A DNA stretch of 64,000 bases from the NCBI GenBank assembly GCA_964481095.1, contig CAYZSN010000210.1, forward strand, positions 3,705 to 67,704, in the 5' to 3' direction. The notes under the pieces were generated by a model, which saw nothing but the letters and a program-made list of their open reading frames with translations, was not told the DNA's origin and made no database searches. The DNA comes from an uncultured Oleiharenicola sp. (GTDB lineage: Bacteria; Verrucomicrobiota; Verrucomicrobiia; Opitutales; Opitutaceae). The translations under genes and the position numbers were made by a program. The stretch's first letter is position 1, and each line of letters begins with the position of its first letter. Shown here one piece after another: positions 47,372 to 58,426 of the stretch.

Positions 47372-48723
47372 AAACCACGCGGCTCCTGGGCCTGGGCTTG
47401 TTTCTCGCGGCGACGTCTCTGCTGCGGGCCGCGCCGGCGCGGCCCGAGGCGGTCGTCGTCGTGTTCGCGGACCAGCATTCGGCCTATGAGCGGACCGCCC
47501 AGGTCGTGGGCTTTGTGGACTGGTTGAAGGCGCAGGTCCCCGGCCTGCCCCTGGCCATCCTGCTCGATGGCGACACGCAGGAATACGGGAATGTCATCGC
47601 GCAGCGCAGCCACGGGGCGATCGACTTCGCCATGTATGCCGCGCTGGCCAGGCGGGCCCCCACCGTCGTCAACCTCGGCAACCACGAGGCGGAATTCATG
47701 CTGCTCGACGAAACCGTGGCGCGCATCCAGGCCACCGGCGTGAAGGTCGTCAGCAATCTCGTCAACCGCGCGACCGGCCGGCCGTTTGCGCCGGTGTCCG
47801 TGCACCTGGCGCTCGGCCAGCAGGAGGCCGTGGTCGTGGGCGTGGGTACCGACAACCTGAATGTTTACCGTGTCGCCGTCCGCCCCACGCTCGATCTCCA
47901 GCCCACCACGCCATGGGCGAGGGCAAACTTTCCCGCGCTGCTGGCCAACGAGCCCCTGCCGATCGTGCTCAGCCATGCCGGCATCGCCGCCGACCGCGAG
48001 ATGCTTGCGCTCGTGCCCGACGGCACGCTGTTCGCCGGGGCGCACGACCACCAGCAGTTCACGGAATCGTTTGGCCGCACGGTTTATTTTCATTCGGGGG
48101 CATGGAACACCCGCGTGTCCCTGGCCTTCCTCTCGCGGGACGAAGCCGGCCGGCCGCGCTGGTTGATCGAAGACCACCCCATAAAGGCCGACGGTCCGAC
48201 CGACCCGGCGCTGCAGGCGCTGATCGCCCGGGTCATGCAGGAAAACCTGACGACAGCCGACCAAGCCGTGGTCGGGCACACGGCCCGGACGCTGGGGCCG
48301 CCCAAGGCCGCGCGCTTCGTGGCCGGGGCGCTGTGCACGGCCGCGGGCGTGGACGCGGCGTTCATCGGCAACACGACCTTTGGCGGCGGCCTGCCCGCGG
48401 GTGACGTCACCCGCCTGCAATTCGACGCCTGCGTGCGGTTCGACGGCGCGATCTTCACCCCCGAGGTGGACGGCGCGCGCCTCGCGCAGCTGCTGGCGGC
48501 GGCGAACCTGACGCCCGCGACACCGTTCGCCCAGCGGCGCGGCGAATTCAACTTCGCGGCGGGTCCGGACACCATCGATCCGCAAAGCACCTATCGCATC
48601 GCCACGACCGACTGGGGGGCGAGGAACACCGATCGCTATTTCGGCGCGCCCGCAATCGCCTGGCACGAGCAGCCCGGCCTCAGGCTCAAGGCCGCGGTCC
48701 TCGCCGCCCTCGCGGCGCCCTGA
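47368..48723 (+). CDS. secreted 5'-nucleotidase-like metallophosphoesterase
   Basis: DQHS, DGD, LGNHEAEF, LSHAG, GAHDH; C-terminal 5'-NT domain. Confidence 0.8.
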   Translation: MKTTRLLGLGLFLAATSLLRAAPARPEAVVVVFADQHSAYERTAQVVGFVDWLKAQVPGLPLAILLDGDTQEYGNVIAQRSHGAIDFAMYAALARRAPTVVNLGNHEAEFMLLDETVARIQATGVKVVSNLVNRATGRPFAPVSVHLALGQQEAVVVGVGTDNLNVYRVAVRPTLDLQPTTPWARANFPALLANEPLPIVLSHAGIAADREMLALVPDGTLFAGAHDHQQFTESFGRTVYFHSGAWNTRVSLAFLSRDEAGRPRWLIEDHPIKADGPTDPALQALIARVMQENLTTADQAVVGHTARTLGPPKAARFVAGALCTAAGVDAAFIGNTTFGGGLPAGDVTRLQFDACVRFDGAIFTPEVDGARLAQLLAAANLTPATPFAQRRGEFNFAAGPDTIDPQSTYRIATTDWGARNTDRYFGAPAIAWHEQPGLRLKAAVLAALAAP

Positions 48724-48779
48724 GGAGTAAAGCGGATTTGCGTGCTGGCAACAAGCGCGCCGGGCCGTTTACAGCCGGT

Positions 48780-49115
48780 TTAGCGCGGCAGGCGCAAAAC
48801 CTCGTTGATCTTGCGACCGATCTGCCGGCGACGCTCCAGGCTGACGCTGCCAAGAGGGGATGAGCAGGCATCCTTCGACACCAGATAAAACACACCGCAA
48901 TCAACGGCGGTCTGAAAATCAAGCCCGTCCGAACCGTTCAACAGGATCTGCCAGGGCTCCACCGCGGTTGCCGGTGAACGTTTGCTTCCGTAAAGGACGT
49001 TCACGCGGAGAAACTCCGGGGCCCGGCAATCTTCCTCGCAGGAGATGACCACGGCGGGGTGGGCATCCTTGTCCTTCGGATTGATGCGCACCCGCACAAT
49101 GTCCCACTGGTGCAT
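48780..49115 (-). CDS. PemK/MazF-like toxin
   Basis: MHQWDIVRV...HPAVVIS...LNGSDGL..QTAVDC...LGSVS; lower GC. Confidence 0.7.
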   Translation of the reverse strand: MHQWDIVRVRINPKDKDAHPAVVISCEEDCRAPEFLRVNVLYGSKRSPATAVEPWQILLNGSDGLDFQTAVDCGVFYLVSKDACSSPLGSVSLERRRQIGRKINEVLRLPR

Positions 49116-49117
49116 GT

Positions 49118-49345
49118 TCAACGTACCGGCGAGGCATCGATCGGCGCGCGATTGGCTTGGGCATAATCCGCCGCCCGGCGTCGGAAATATCCCATCGGTC
49201 GCTCCGGAATGGGCTCCGGCACGATGTATTCCGTCAGCTGCACCAATCGATTGCCCTTGCGGATGACCACCGGCTCCCCCTCCAGCGCACGATCGATGAG
49301 CCGACCCATCCGGGGCTTGGCTTGGGAAAGAGTCAGGATATTCAT
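49118..49345 (-). CDS. Phd/YefM-like antitoxin
   Basis: MNILTLSQAKPRMGRLIDRALEGEPVVIRKG; TTGACA-N16-TAATTT promoter 7 nt before the ATG. Confidence 0.75.
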   Translation of the reverse strand: MNILTLSQAKPRMGRLIDRALEGEPVVIRKGNRLVQLTEYIVPEPIPERPMGYFRRRAADYAQANRAPIDASPVR

Positions 49346-49456
49346 GGGCCCAAAATTAGGCCGGAAAACAGGTCTGTCAAGAGAGCCATTAATGGCACCG
49401 CGCGAAGCCGGGGAAAACCGCCTTTCCTTCCGTGGCCCGGTTGTTTTCCTGTGCGC

Positions 49457-50827
49457 ATGGGATTTTTCGACCGTTCCCCTTCCGACCAGCCGCAACCCAA
49501 CCCGCCGGGCGGACCGGCCGCCGCCGGCGGCGTGATCCCCCGGCTCGCCGAGGCCCGGGCGAAGCTCGAGGCGCGCGATGTGCCCGGCGCCGTCGCCATC
49601 TACCAGGAGGTGCTGGCCGCCGGCGGCGCGCGGCCCGACGTGCTCGTGGCGATTTCCGGCGAGCTCGGCGTGCGCGGCCAGGTGCGCGAGCTCATCGAGC
49701 TGGTGGCCCCGCATTACGACGCGGCCCGCCACGGCCCGGCCACCGGCCTCAACCTGCTGCAGGCCTACCTCGCGGTGCGCAACCTCGACGCCGCGCAGCA
49801 CGTGCTCGACATCCTTTTCTCGCTGAACCGCCCGGAGCTCGAGGAGCGCCTGTTCGGCTTTTCCAACGCCATCGGCGAGCTGATGGCCGGCCATGAGGCG
49901 GCGATGCCGACCGCGGAACAGATCGCCGGCGCGCCGGATGCGCCCGGCGCCCCCGCGGAACCCGCCAAGATCAGCCTCGCGAGCATCAGCAAACCGATCT
50001 GGTTCTACGGCCTCGAGCAGTCCGCCCCGCACCTGCTGGGCCGCAAGGACGGCAAGCTGCGGCGCGTGGCCTTCGCCCAATGCTCGCTGCCGGGCCTCAC
50101 CGGGGTGGTCGAGCGTTCCGCCCGGCCCGAGGATGAAACCGGCCGCTTCTGCCGCGGGTTGCCGCTGTGGTTTGCCGAGACCTTCGCCGCCGCCGCCGGC
50201 TACGACCCGGTGGCCGCCGTGGCGCTGTCCTCGCGCAAGCATTACATCCTGTTCCCGGTCGAATGGAGCGCGGAGAACATCCGCGAAGTCAACGAGAGCA
50301 CCACCGGCGGGCTCGACTACGTCGTCACCTTCGCGCTGCGCAACAAGAACGATGACTTCGAGCTGGTGGCGCACATCTGGGAAGTGAGGAAATTCCGCGA
50401 GCTAAAGCAGTTTGCCACGCGCTGGACGCCGGCGAGCGCCGACACCGTGCTGCAGCAGTTCCACGAGCAGATGCGCCTCTACATGGAGTGGTCCGCGCTG
50501 CCCGAGGGCAACGGCCTCGCCTACCGCGCGCCGGTCTCCCCGACCGCGCACATCCAGGCGCTCGGCGCCACGCTCACCCAGTTTTTCGGCGAGAAAGGCG
50601 TGCTCGCGCCCGAACAGGTGCCGGCCGGCACCGCGGCGGCGCTGCAGGACACCCGGGCCAACCCCGACGATCCCCGTGCCTACCTCGGGCTGGTGGCGGG
50701 ACTCGTGCGGCAGAAGGCGCAGGGCGTGGCGCCCGATCCCGCCGCCCTCGAGCACGCCAGGGCGTGGCTGGCGACCGACCAGGCGCAGAAGGCCGACATG
50801 GCCGCGCTGGTGATCAAGCTGCTCTAG
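49457..50827 (+). CDS. hypothetical TPR-like protein
   Basis: Long ORF with host codon usage and helical repeats. Confidence 0.7.
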   Translation: MGFFDRSPSDQPQPNPPGGPAAAGGVIPRLAEARAKLEARDVPGAVAIYQEVLAAGGARPDVLVAISGELGVRGQVRELIELVAPHYDAARHGPATGLNLLQAYLAVRNLDAAQHVLDILFSLNRPELEERLFGFSNAIGELMAGHEAAMPTAEQIAGAPDAPGAPAEPAKISLASISKPIWFYGLEQSAPHLLGRKDGKLRRVAFAQCSLPGLTGVVERSARPEDETGRFCRGLPLWFAETFAAAAGYDPVAAVALSSRKHYILFPVEWSAENIREVNESTTGGLDYVVTFALRNKNDDFELVAHIWEVRKFRELKQFATRWTPASADTVLQQFHEQMRLYMEWSALPEGNGLAYRAPVSPTAHIQALGATLTQFFGEKGVLAPEQVPAGTAAALQDTRANPDDPRAYLGLVAGLVRQKAQGVAPDPAALEHARAWLATDQAQKADMAALVIKLL

Positions 50828-50838
50828 GTTGCGCCGAC

Positions 50839-50873
50839 AAAAAAGCCCGGCGCGGCGGCCGGGCGGGATTTTT
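50839..50873. terminator. bidirectional intrinsic terminator
   Basis: AAAAAA GCCCGGC loop GCCGGGC ...TTTTT between convergent genes. Confidence 0.75.
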
Positions 50874-50893
50874 GCCAAGGGTGCGCGCCGGCC

Positions 50894-51481
50894 TTATGGG
50901 TGCGCCGCGTTGTAGTACGCGACGAAGTCGGCGGTGACATCGAGCTCCGGCTTGGCGGAGATGACGCCTTCGCCGAGCTTCGAAATGTCGAAGATCAAGC
51001 CGAGGTCGCGTTCCTTCGCGTAGGCGGTCATGGCCTTGGTGATTTCCTGCACGACCGGGCCCTGTTTCTCCTGCTGGGCGGCCTGTACGGCGGCTTGGAA
51101 CTGCTGCTGCTTGCCTTGCAGTTCCTGCTGGAGCTTCAGGCCATCGGTCTGCTTCTGCTTGATCGCGTCGGCATTGGCGACGGGATCGGCCTGCAGTTTG
51201 TTCAACTCGCCGACGATGGTGCGGAGCTTCTCATTGAGCAGGGATAGCTCGCTCTGCTGGGTGCTGAACTCGAGTTCGAGTTCCTTGAGGACGCGCAACA
51301 GCTGCTTGATGCCGCGGTCCTCGGCAACGAAGTCGGCGCTGTTGATCCAGGCGATGCGCGAGGTCGGGATGACCTTCGCGGCGGCCGGCTTGGCGGCGGG
51401 GGTGGCGGGTGCCTGGGCGGAAAGCGACAGGGCGCCGAGGGTGAGGCTGAGCAGGGTAACCAGCAGGCGGGCGGATTTCAT
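50894..51481 (-). CDS. OmpH/Skp-family periplasmic chaperone
   Basis: Signal peptide, IAWIN, long coiled coil, LIFD, LDVT..V. Confidence 0.8.
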   Translation of the reverse strand: MKSARLLVTLLSLTLGALSLSAQAPATPAAKPAAAKVIPTSRIAWINSADFVAEDRGIKQLLRVLKELELEFSTQQSELSLLNEKLRTIVGELNKLQADPVANADAIKQKQTDGLKLQQELQGKQQQFQAAVQAAQQEKQGPVVQEITKAMTAYAKERDLGLIFDISKLGEGVISAKPELDVTADFVAYYNAAHP

Positions 51482-51534
51482 GAGGGGTGAGAGGTAGAGT
51501 GGGCCGGGGGTTTGGCAAAGGTTAAATCAGGGGA

Positions 51535-51627
51535 GAAGCAGCAAGCACCAGATAGCAGGCAACGGGACCTGGCCAAGCAGCCAAAGACGACCGGCGCCGG
51601 TTCTTGTTACTTGTTAAATGATACTTG

Positions 51628-51634
<7 letters not shown>
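51535..51634. repeat. degenerate heptamer-repeat element (AGCAAGC-like / CTTGTTA-like arms)
   Basis: CTTGTTA CTTGTTA AATGATA CTTGTCA CTT overlapping the rlmN stop. Confidence 0.5.
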
Positions 51635-52701
<1,067 letters not shown>

Positions 52702-52723
52702 GGCTGGGAGGAGGGACAAGGCA

Positions 52724-52815
52724 GAACATCGAACGTCCAACATTCAACGCTCAACGTCCAAGTTGATCGCACATAAATTGAACGTTGGATGTTCAAGGTT
52801 GAACGTTGAACGTTC
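52724..52815. repeat. inverted heptamer-repeat element (GAACATC/CAACGTC family)
   Basis: Five units per arm; similar to 21370-21498. Confidence 0.85.
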
Positions 52816-52840
52816 CATCCTGCCTGCGCAGGATGCAGCC

Positions 52841-53425
52841 ATGTCCGATTGGCCGGCCAGGTTCCTCCAGGCGTTCATCCCGCTCTTCATCGCGATCGAC
52901 CCGGTCGGGTTGGCGGCGATTTTCCTCGGGCTGGGCCGCAACGTCGACCGCCGGCAGCGGCAGAAAATCGCCGACCAGGCGACGTGGACCGGCGGTCTCG
53001 TGGCGCTCGGGTTCCTCTTCCTCGGCCAGAGCGTGTTCCGCGCGGTGGGCATCTCGGTGAGCGACTTCCAGGTCGCGGGCGGCCTCGTGCTGTTCATCCT
53101 CGCCGCGCGCGACCTCGTGCAATCGGCCGCCGAGCCGGAGAAACTGCCGCCGGATTTCGGCGTGGTGCCGCTCGGCATGCCGCTGATCGCGGGCCCGGCG
53201 TCCATCACGACCCTGCTCGTGCTGGCGCAAAACCACGCCGTCGGGCTGGGCATCATCCTCGTGGCGCTGGCCGCCAATCTCGCGCTCGTCGTCCTCGCGC
53301 TGCACTACAGCGAGTGGCTCGGCCGCAAGATCGGCGCGACCGGCCTGCGCGCCATCTCCAAGATCATCGCCATGCTCCTCGCCGCCATCGCGGTGGGGAT
53401 GATCCGGCAGGGCCTCAGGAACTGA
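52841..53425 (+). CDS. MarC-family membrane protein
   Basis: LFIAIDPVG, FQVAGG, VVPLGMPLIAGP. Confidence 0.9.
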   Translation: MSDWPARFLQAFIPLFIAIDPVGLAAIFLGLGRNVDRRQRQKIADQATWTGGLVALGFLFLGQSVFRAVGISVSDFQVAGGLVLFILAARDLVQSAAEPEKLPPDFGVVPLGMPLIAGPASITTLLVLAQNHAVGLGIILVALAANLALVVLALHYSEWLGRKIGATGLRAISKIIAMLLAAIAVGMIRQGLRN

Positions 53426-53430
53426 GGCCG

Positions 53431-53507
53431 GTCGAAAGTTGAAGGGTGAATGTTGAAAGCCGGACCGATGGATCGGTCATTCAACTTTCAACTTGAGTCT
53501 TTCAACT
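53431..53507. repeat. inverted heptamer-repeat element (GTTGAAA / CTTTCAA)
   Basis: GTCGAAA GTTGAAG GGTGAAT GTTGAAA ... TTCAA CTTTCAA ... CTTTCAAC between convergent genes. Confidence 0.8.
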
Positions 53508-53519
53508 CCACGTTCCGCA

Positions 53520-54755
53520 TCAGCCGCGGAAGGTCGTCAGGAAATCCGTGTAGATCGTCGCGGCCTCGACGAGGTCCCTGATCTTCGCGCGTTCGTCCAC
53601 CGCATGGTAGTTCTCGCCGCCGGGGCCGTACCCGAGCGTCGGCCGCCGGAGCTCGTTGGCGAAGAAATGCATGTCGTTGAAGCCGGTCGAGACGGTGAAT
53701 TTCGCGGGCCGGCGGCGGACGCGCGCCACGCTGGCGCGCAGCGCGGCGGCGAACGGCGTGGCCGGGTCGCGATAGCACGAGTGGTTGTGCGAGATCTTCT
53801 CGATCGTGATCCGGCACTGCGGGATCCTCGCGGCGGCCCGGACCAGGAAGGCGCGCAGGTCGCGCTCGGCCGCGGCCACCGTCTCGACGGGCAGCACCCG
53901 GCGGTCGATGGAGAAGCTGGCGGCGGCGGGCACGGTGTTGACCTTGCCCCCGTCCCCCGGCGCGAAGACGCCGCCGATGTTCAGCGTGGGAACCATGACC
54001 CGCCCGTCGGGCGAGCGGAATTTTTTGCGGGCCAGCGCCTGCTTGTAGCCGCCGAGGGCGAGCACGAGGGCGGACATCTTCTCGAGCGCGTTGATGCCGC
54101 AGTGCGGGATGGAACCGTGCGCGGCGCGGCCGTGGACGTGAACGTTGAGCCACACCACGCCGTTGTGGCCGCAGCACACGACGTCGCCTTCGCCGCCCTC
54201 GCCGACAATCGCATAGTCGGCCTTGAGCCGCTCGTGGCCGGTGACCCAGCCGGTGCCGAGCGTGCTGTCGGTTTCCTCGTCCGCGGTGAACGAGACCTCG
54301 AGGTTGAAATTGGGCCGGGTGCCGGTGGCCTTGAGCGCCTTCAGCGCGAAGACGATGCTCGCGATGGCGCCCTTCATGTCGGACGTGCCGCGGCCGTACA
54401 TCCAGCCGCCGTCGACCCTGCCGCTGAACGGGCTGCCATGACGCCACCGGCCGGAAACCGGGACGACGTCGAAGTGCGCGTTGAAATGGACGGTCTTCTT
54501 CGCGCCGGTGTCCCAGAAGCCGACGACGTTGTAGCGCGGGTGGTCGAGCAGTTCGGGCTGGGTTTTCTTCTGCGCGGCGCGCGGGACCGGCACGCGGCGG
54601 ACCTTCAGCCCGATGGCGCGCAGCGCGTCCGCCAGCACCGTGGTGATCGCGCCGTAGTTCTCGCCGGGCGGATTCACCGTGCGCAGCCGCACCAGCTCCT
54701 GCAGGAAGCGCACGAGGTCGGCTTGGTGGCGGGCGAGATAGCGGGCGGGAGTCAT
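53520..54755 (-). CDS. M20-family metallopeptidase (ArgE/DapE-like)
   Basis: HFDVVP, GRGTSDMKG, DEE, HGRAAHGS, HAVDE. Confidence 0.9.
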   Translation of the reverse strand: MTPARYLARHQADLVRFLQELVRLRTVNPPGENYGAITTVLADALRAIGLKVRRVPVPRAAQKKTQPELLDHPRYNVVGFWDTGAKKTVHFNAHFDVVPVSGRWRHGSPFSGRVDGGWMYGRGTSDMKGAIASIVFALKALKATGTRPNFNLEVSFTADEETDSTLGTGWVTGHERLKADYAIVGEGGEGDVVCCGHNGVVWLNVHVHGRAAHGSIPHCGINALEKMSALVLALGGYKQALARKKFRSPDGRVMVPTLNIGGVFAPGDGGKVNTVPAAASFSIDRRVLPVETVAAAERDLRAFLVRAAARIPQCRITIEKISHNHSCYRDPATPFAAALRASVARVRRRPAKFTVSTGFNDMHFFANELRRPTLGYGPGGENYHAVDERAKIRDLVEAATIYTDFLTTFRG

Positions 54756-54914
54756 CGGCGGGAAGGGTGCCGGTAAAGCAGTTTAAACGCGGTGAAGCCA
54801 GCCGCGACTCGACGGGATCGGTTCATTCGCGGAACCCGCACAGCCCGAGCGAAATAACGACGATTTCACGAGGATGACTTTGACAGGGCGGAGACCCCCT
54901 CCAGCATGGCGCGC

Positions 54915-55553
54915 ATGGCACTGGCCGACATGCGCAAGGACTACGGGCTGGCGGGTCTGATGGAAAAGGACCTCGCGAAAAACCCGTTCCGGCAGTTCGA
55001 GCAGTGGTTTGCCGAGGCGGAAGCCGCGAAGATCACCGAGCCGAACGCCATGACGCTCGCGACGGCGGGCCGCGACGGGCGGCCGTCGGCGCGCACCGTG
55101 CTGCTCAAGGCCGTCGACGGCCGCGGTTTTGTTTTCTACACCAATTACGAGAGCCGCAAGGGCCGCGAGCTGGCCGACAACGCGCAGGCCACGCTGCTTT
55201 TCCCGTGGATCGCGATGGAGCGCCAGGTCGTGGCCGAGGGCACGGTGGCGCGCGTCTCGCGCGAGGAGGCCGACGCCTATTTCCACAGCCGGCCGCGTGC
55301 CAGCCAGCTCGCCGCGTGGGCCTCGCCGCAGAGCACCGTGGTCGCCGGCCGCGCGGTGATCGAGGAAAGCTACCGCGTGGTGGAAAAGAAATACGAGGGT
55401 CGCGAGGTCCCGCTGCCGCCGCACTGGGGCGGTTACCGGCTCGATCCGGCCACGGTGGAATTCTGGCAGGGCCGGCGCAGCCGCCTGCACGACCGGTTGC
55501 GCTACCGCCGCGACCCCGGCGGCGAATGGGTCGTCGAACGCCTCGCGCCCTGA
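54915..55553 (+). CDS. pdxH: pyridoxamine 5'-phosphate oxidase
   Basis: EPNAMTLAT, RTVLLK, FYTNYESRKG, EFWQGRRSRLHDR; TTGACA-N16-CAGCAT-N7-ATG. Confidence 0.95.
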   Translation: MALADMRKDYGLAGLMEKDLAKNPFRQFEQWFAEAEAAKITEPNAMTLATAGRDGRPSARTVLLKAVDGRGFVFYTNYESRKGRELADNAQATLLFPWIAMERQVVAEGTVARVSREEADAYFHSRPRASQLAAWASPQSTVVAGRAVIEESYRVVEKKYEGREVPLPPHWGGYRLDPATVEFWQGRRSRLHDRLRYRRDPGGEWVVERLAP

Positions 55554-55555
55554 CC

Positions 55556-57025
55556 ATGGCCGGCCCGCGACCCCCAATGGCGGCGGACCAGGCGCTGGTG
55601 GCCGCGTTGCCCCTCCCCGCGGTGCTCACCGCCGACGGCTGGAGCCGCGGCGGCGCCACGATCCTTTTTGCCAACCGGGAATTCTGCGCCCTCACCGGTT
55701 ACCGGCCGGCCGAGCTCAAGGGCCGCAACACCCGCCTGCTCCACGGCCCGCGCACCGACCTCGAGGTGCTGCAAAAGGGCCGCGCCTCCGGCGGCGGCGG
55801 CGAGGGCTGGCTGTACCGCAAGAACGGCACGGAATTCTACGCGCGGTGGGATTATCGCCCGGTGCGCGGCAGGTCCGGCCCGGTCGTGATGCTCTACCAG
55901 GACCACTCCGAACCCTGGCGCCAGCGCGAGGCGCTGCTGCAATCGCAGAAGCTCGGCACCGTCGGCCTGCTCGCCAGCGGCGTGGCGCACGATTTCAACA
56001 ACCTGCTCTCCGTGATCAACGGCTACTGCGAAATCGCGGGCCCGAAGGTCGCGGGCGTGCCGGCGGCGCGTAAGGACCTCCACGAGATCCATCGCGCGGG
56101 CCTGAAGGCCTCGGCCATCGCCCGCCAGATCCTCGAGTTCAGCCGGCGCCGCGAGACCGAGACCGGCGTCATCAACTTCAACACGCTCATCCGCGAGATC
56201 GCCGAGATCATCCGCCGCGTATGCGGCGACGACATCGAGGTCGAGCTGCGCCTGGCGTCCGACCTCGGCAACGCACGCATCAACCCGGTGCACTTCCAGC
56301 AGGTGCTCCTCAACCTCTGCTTCAACGCGCGCGACGCCATGCCCGGCGGCGGCCGCCTCACGCTGCGCACCTTCAACCACCACGTGGCGGGCAAGGACGC
56401 CCACTACCAGGTCGCGCTGGCGGTGTCCGACACCGGCTCGGGCATCCCGGCGGCGCTGCATGAAAAGATCTTCGAGCCATTCTACACGACCAAGCCGCAC
56501 GGCACGGGCCTCGGCCTGCCGACGGCGCAGGGCCTCATCCGCCAGGCCGGCGGCCGGCTCACGGTGGAAAGCATGCCGGGCCGCGGCACGACCTTCGAGG
56601 TCTTCCTCCCCGAGACCGCGGAGCCGGAGGACTCGGGCGCCACCGCGCTCGGCGTACTGCCCTCCACGCAGGGCACCGAGGCGGTGGTGGTCATCGAGCA
56701 GGACGAGGGCCTGCGGAAAATGATCTCCGGCATCCTCGCGATCGACGGCTACTCGGTGATCGAGGCGGCGACGGCGGAGGAAGCCCTGAGCCGCAACCCG
56801 GCGCCACAGCTCGTCATCGCCGACACCACCACGCGCGGCGGCGTGGACTGCCTGCGGCGGCTGCACGCCAGTCACGGGGACCTCCGCCTGATCAGCACGG
56901 CATCCGAACCGCCCGCGCTCACGGCCCTCGCCGACGGGGCCGGGGCGCACCTGCCCAAGCCTTTTGCCCTCAGCTCGCTGTTGACCAAGGCGCGGGCCCT
57001 GCTCGACCACGGCGCGAAGGCCTGA
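55556..57025 (+). CDS. PAS-domain hybrid sensor histidine kinase with receiver domain
   Basis: FANREF..LTGY PAS; GVAHDFNNLL, LNLCFNARDAM, DTGSG, GTGLGL; LPKPF. Confidence 0.9.
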   Translation: MAGPRPPMAADQALVAALPLPAVLTADGWSRGGATILFANREFCALTGYRPAELKGRNTRLLHGPRTDLEVLQKGRASGGGGEGWLYRKNGTEFYARWDYRPVRGRSGPVVMLYQDHSEPWRQREALLQSQKLGTVGLLASGVAHDFNNLLSVINGYCEIAGPKVAGVPAARKDLHEIHRAGLKASAIARQILEFSRRRETETGVINFNTLIREIAEIIRRVCGDDIEVELRLASDLGNARINPVHFQQVLLNLCFNARDAMPGGGRLTLRTFNHHVAGKDAHYQVALAVSDTGSGIPAALHEKIFEPFYTTKPHGTGLGLPTAQGLIRQAGGRLTVESMPGRGTTFEVFLPETAEPEDSGATALGVLPSTQGTEAVVVIEQDEGLRKMISGILAIDGYSVIEAATAEEALSRNPAPQLVIADTTTRGGVDCLRRLHASHGDLRLISTASEPPALTALADGAGAHLPKPFALSSLLTKARALLDHGAKA

Positions 57026-57085
57026 CGCCTTCAGCAAAGGAATTGCGCCGGCGGGACAAACGCGTACCACTGGCACTTCCCCGCC

Positions 57086-58426
57086 ATGAGCACGACCCCG
57101 CCCACCATGTCCACCCCGCCGGTGCCCCCCGGGCCCGGGCAGCGCTCGCTGGCGGCGATCGTGTTCACCGACGTGGTCAGCTTCAGCGCGCGGATGCAGG
57201 CCGACGAGGAAACGACGCTGCGGCTGCTGAAGCGGGACTTCGACGCCATGCGCGAGATCTGCGTCCAGCACCACGGCTCGGTGCTCAAGACCACCGGCGA
57301 CGGGCTGCTGCTGTATTTTTCCAGCGCGGTGCAGGCCGTGGCCTGCGCGCTCGCCATGCAGCGGGCCTTCGCGGAGCAGCTGAAGACGCGCCCGGCGACG
57401 GAGAGCCTGACGCACCGGCTCGGCATCCACCTCGGCGACGTGTTCGTCAACGAACAGGACGTGATGGGCGACGGCGTGAACATCGCCGCGCGGCTCCAGG
57501 CCGAGGCCGAGCCCGGCGGCATCTGCATTTCCCAGACCGTCTACGACGTGGTGCGCAACAAGCTCGCCCTGCACGTGACCCGGCTCGGCCCGCGCGAGCT
57601 GAAGAACATCTCGCAGGCCATCCCCATCTACAAGCTGCTGCTCGAGGCCCAGGGCATGGAGACGACGCCGGAACCCGAGCCGGTTTACGAGGAACCGCGC
57701 GCTCCCCGCGCCGGCCCGAGCCGCACGCAGAAGATCATCCTGATCTCGGCGCTCGCCGCCCTCGTCGTGCTGGCGGGACTTTTCGCCGCCGGTCTGTGGG
57801 CGCGCCACAAGCGGCTGCGCGCGCAGGCGGAGGCCGGCCAGGCCGCGCTCAACGCGCTGATGGCCGACGAGCCCGCCGCCGCCGGCCCGGCCGGTGCGGC
57901 CGGCGAAGCCGGCGTCCATCCCGGCCGCGTGCTGGCCGACTGGCGCGCCGAGCTCCGCGACCAGCGCTCCCGCGCACTCGACGACTACAACTTTGCGGAG
58001 CTGGCGCAAAGCCTGCGCGACCCGCGTTCGCCGGTGGCGGGCAAGCCGGAGGCCAAGGTCCGCGCCGCGTCGCTGCAACGCATCCAGGCGATGCTCGGCT
58101 GGCTCGCCACGGCGCTCCAGCGCTACGACCGCGACAAGCCGCTCGTCGTGCGCGAGCTGACCGGCACCGCGCCCAAGGAAATCCGCGTCTACGTCGGCTC
58201 CGACCGCCGCATCTACTACGCCGAGGGCGGCGCCGTGCGGCAGCGCAACTGGAACGAGCTCAAGCCGTCGGTCCTCGCGGCCATCATTGCCGGCACCATG
58301 ATGGAAGCCGACCCGCTGCCGCCCCGCGACGCGGTCCAGGGCGCGCTCGCCTTCGCCGCGCTGTACAACCTGCCGGAATTGCCGGAAGCGCTGCGCGAAG
58401 GCCGGCTCCGCCGCTTCAAGAAGTGA
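57086..58426 (+). CDS. class III adenylate/guanylate cyclase with TM and C-terminal extracytoplasmic domain
   Basis: FTDVVSFS, KTTGDG, RLGIHLGDV, GDGVNIAARLQ, LKNI. Confidence 0.88.
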   Translation: MSTTPPTMSTPPVPPGPGQRSLAAIVFTDVVSFSARMQADEETTLRLLKRDFDAMREICVQHHGSVLKTTGDGLLLYFSSAVQAVACALAMQRAFAEQLKTRPATESLTHRLGIHLGDVFVNEQDVMGDGVNIAARLQAEAEPGGICISQTVYDVVRNKLALHVTRLGPRELKNISQAIPIYKLLLEAQGMETTPEPEPVYEEPRAPRAGPSRTQKIILISALAALVVLAGLFAAGLWARHKRLRAQAEAGQAALNALMADEPAAAGPAGAAGEAGVHPGRVLADWRAELRDQRSRALDDYNFAELAQSLRDPRSPVAGKPEAKVRAASLQRIQAMLGWLATALQRYDRDKPLVVRELTGTAPKEIRVYVGSDRRIYYAEGGAVRQRNWNELKPSVLAAIIAGTMMEADPLPPRDAVQGALAFAALYNLPELPEALREGRLRRFKK

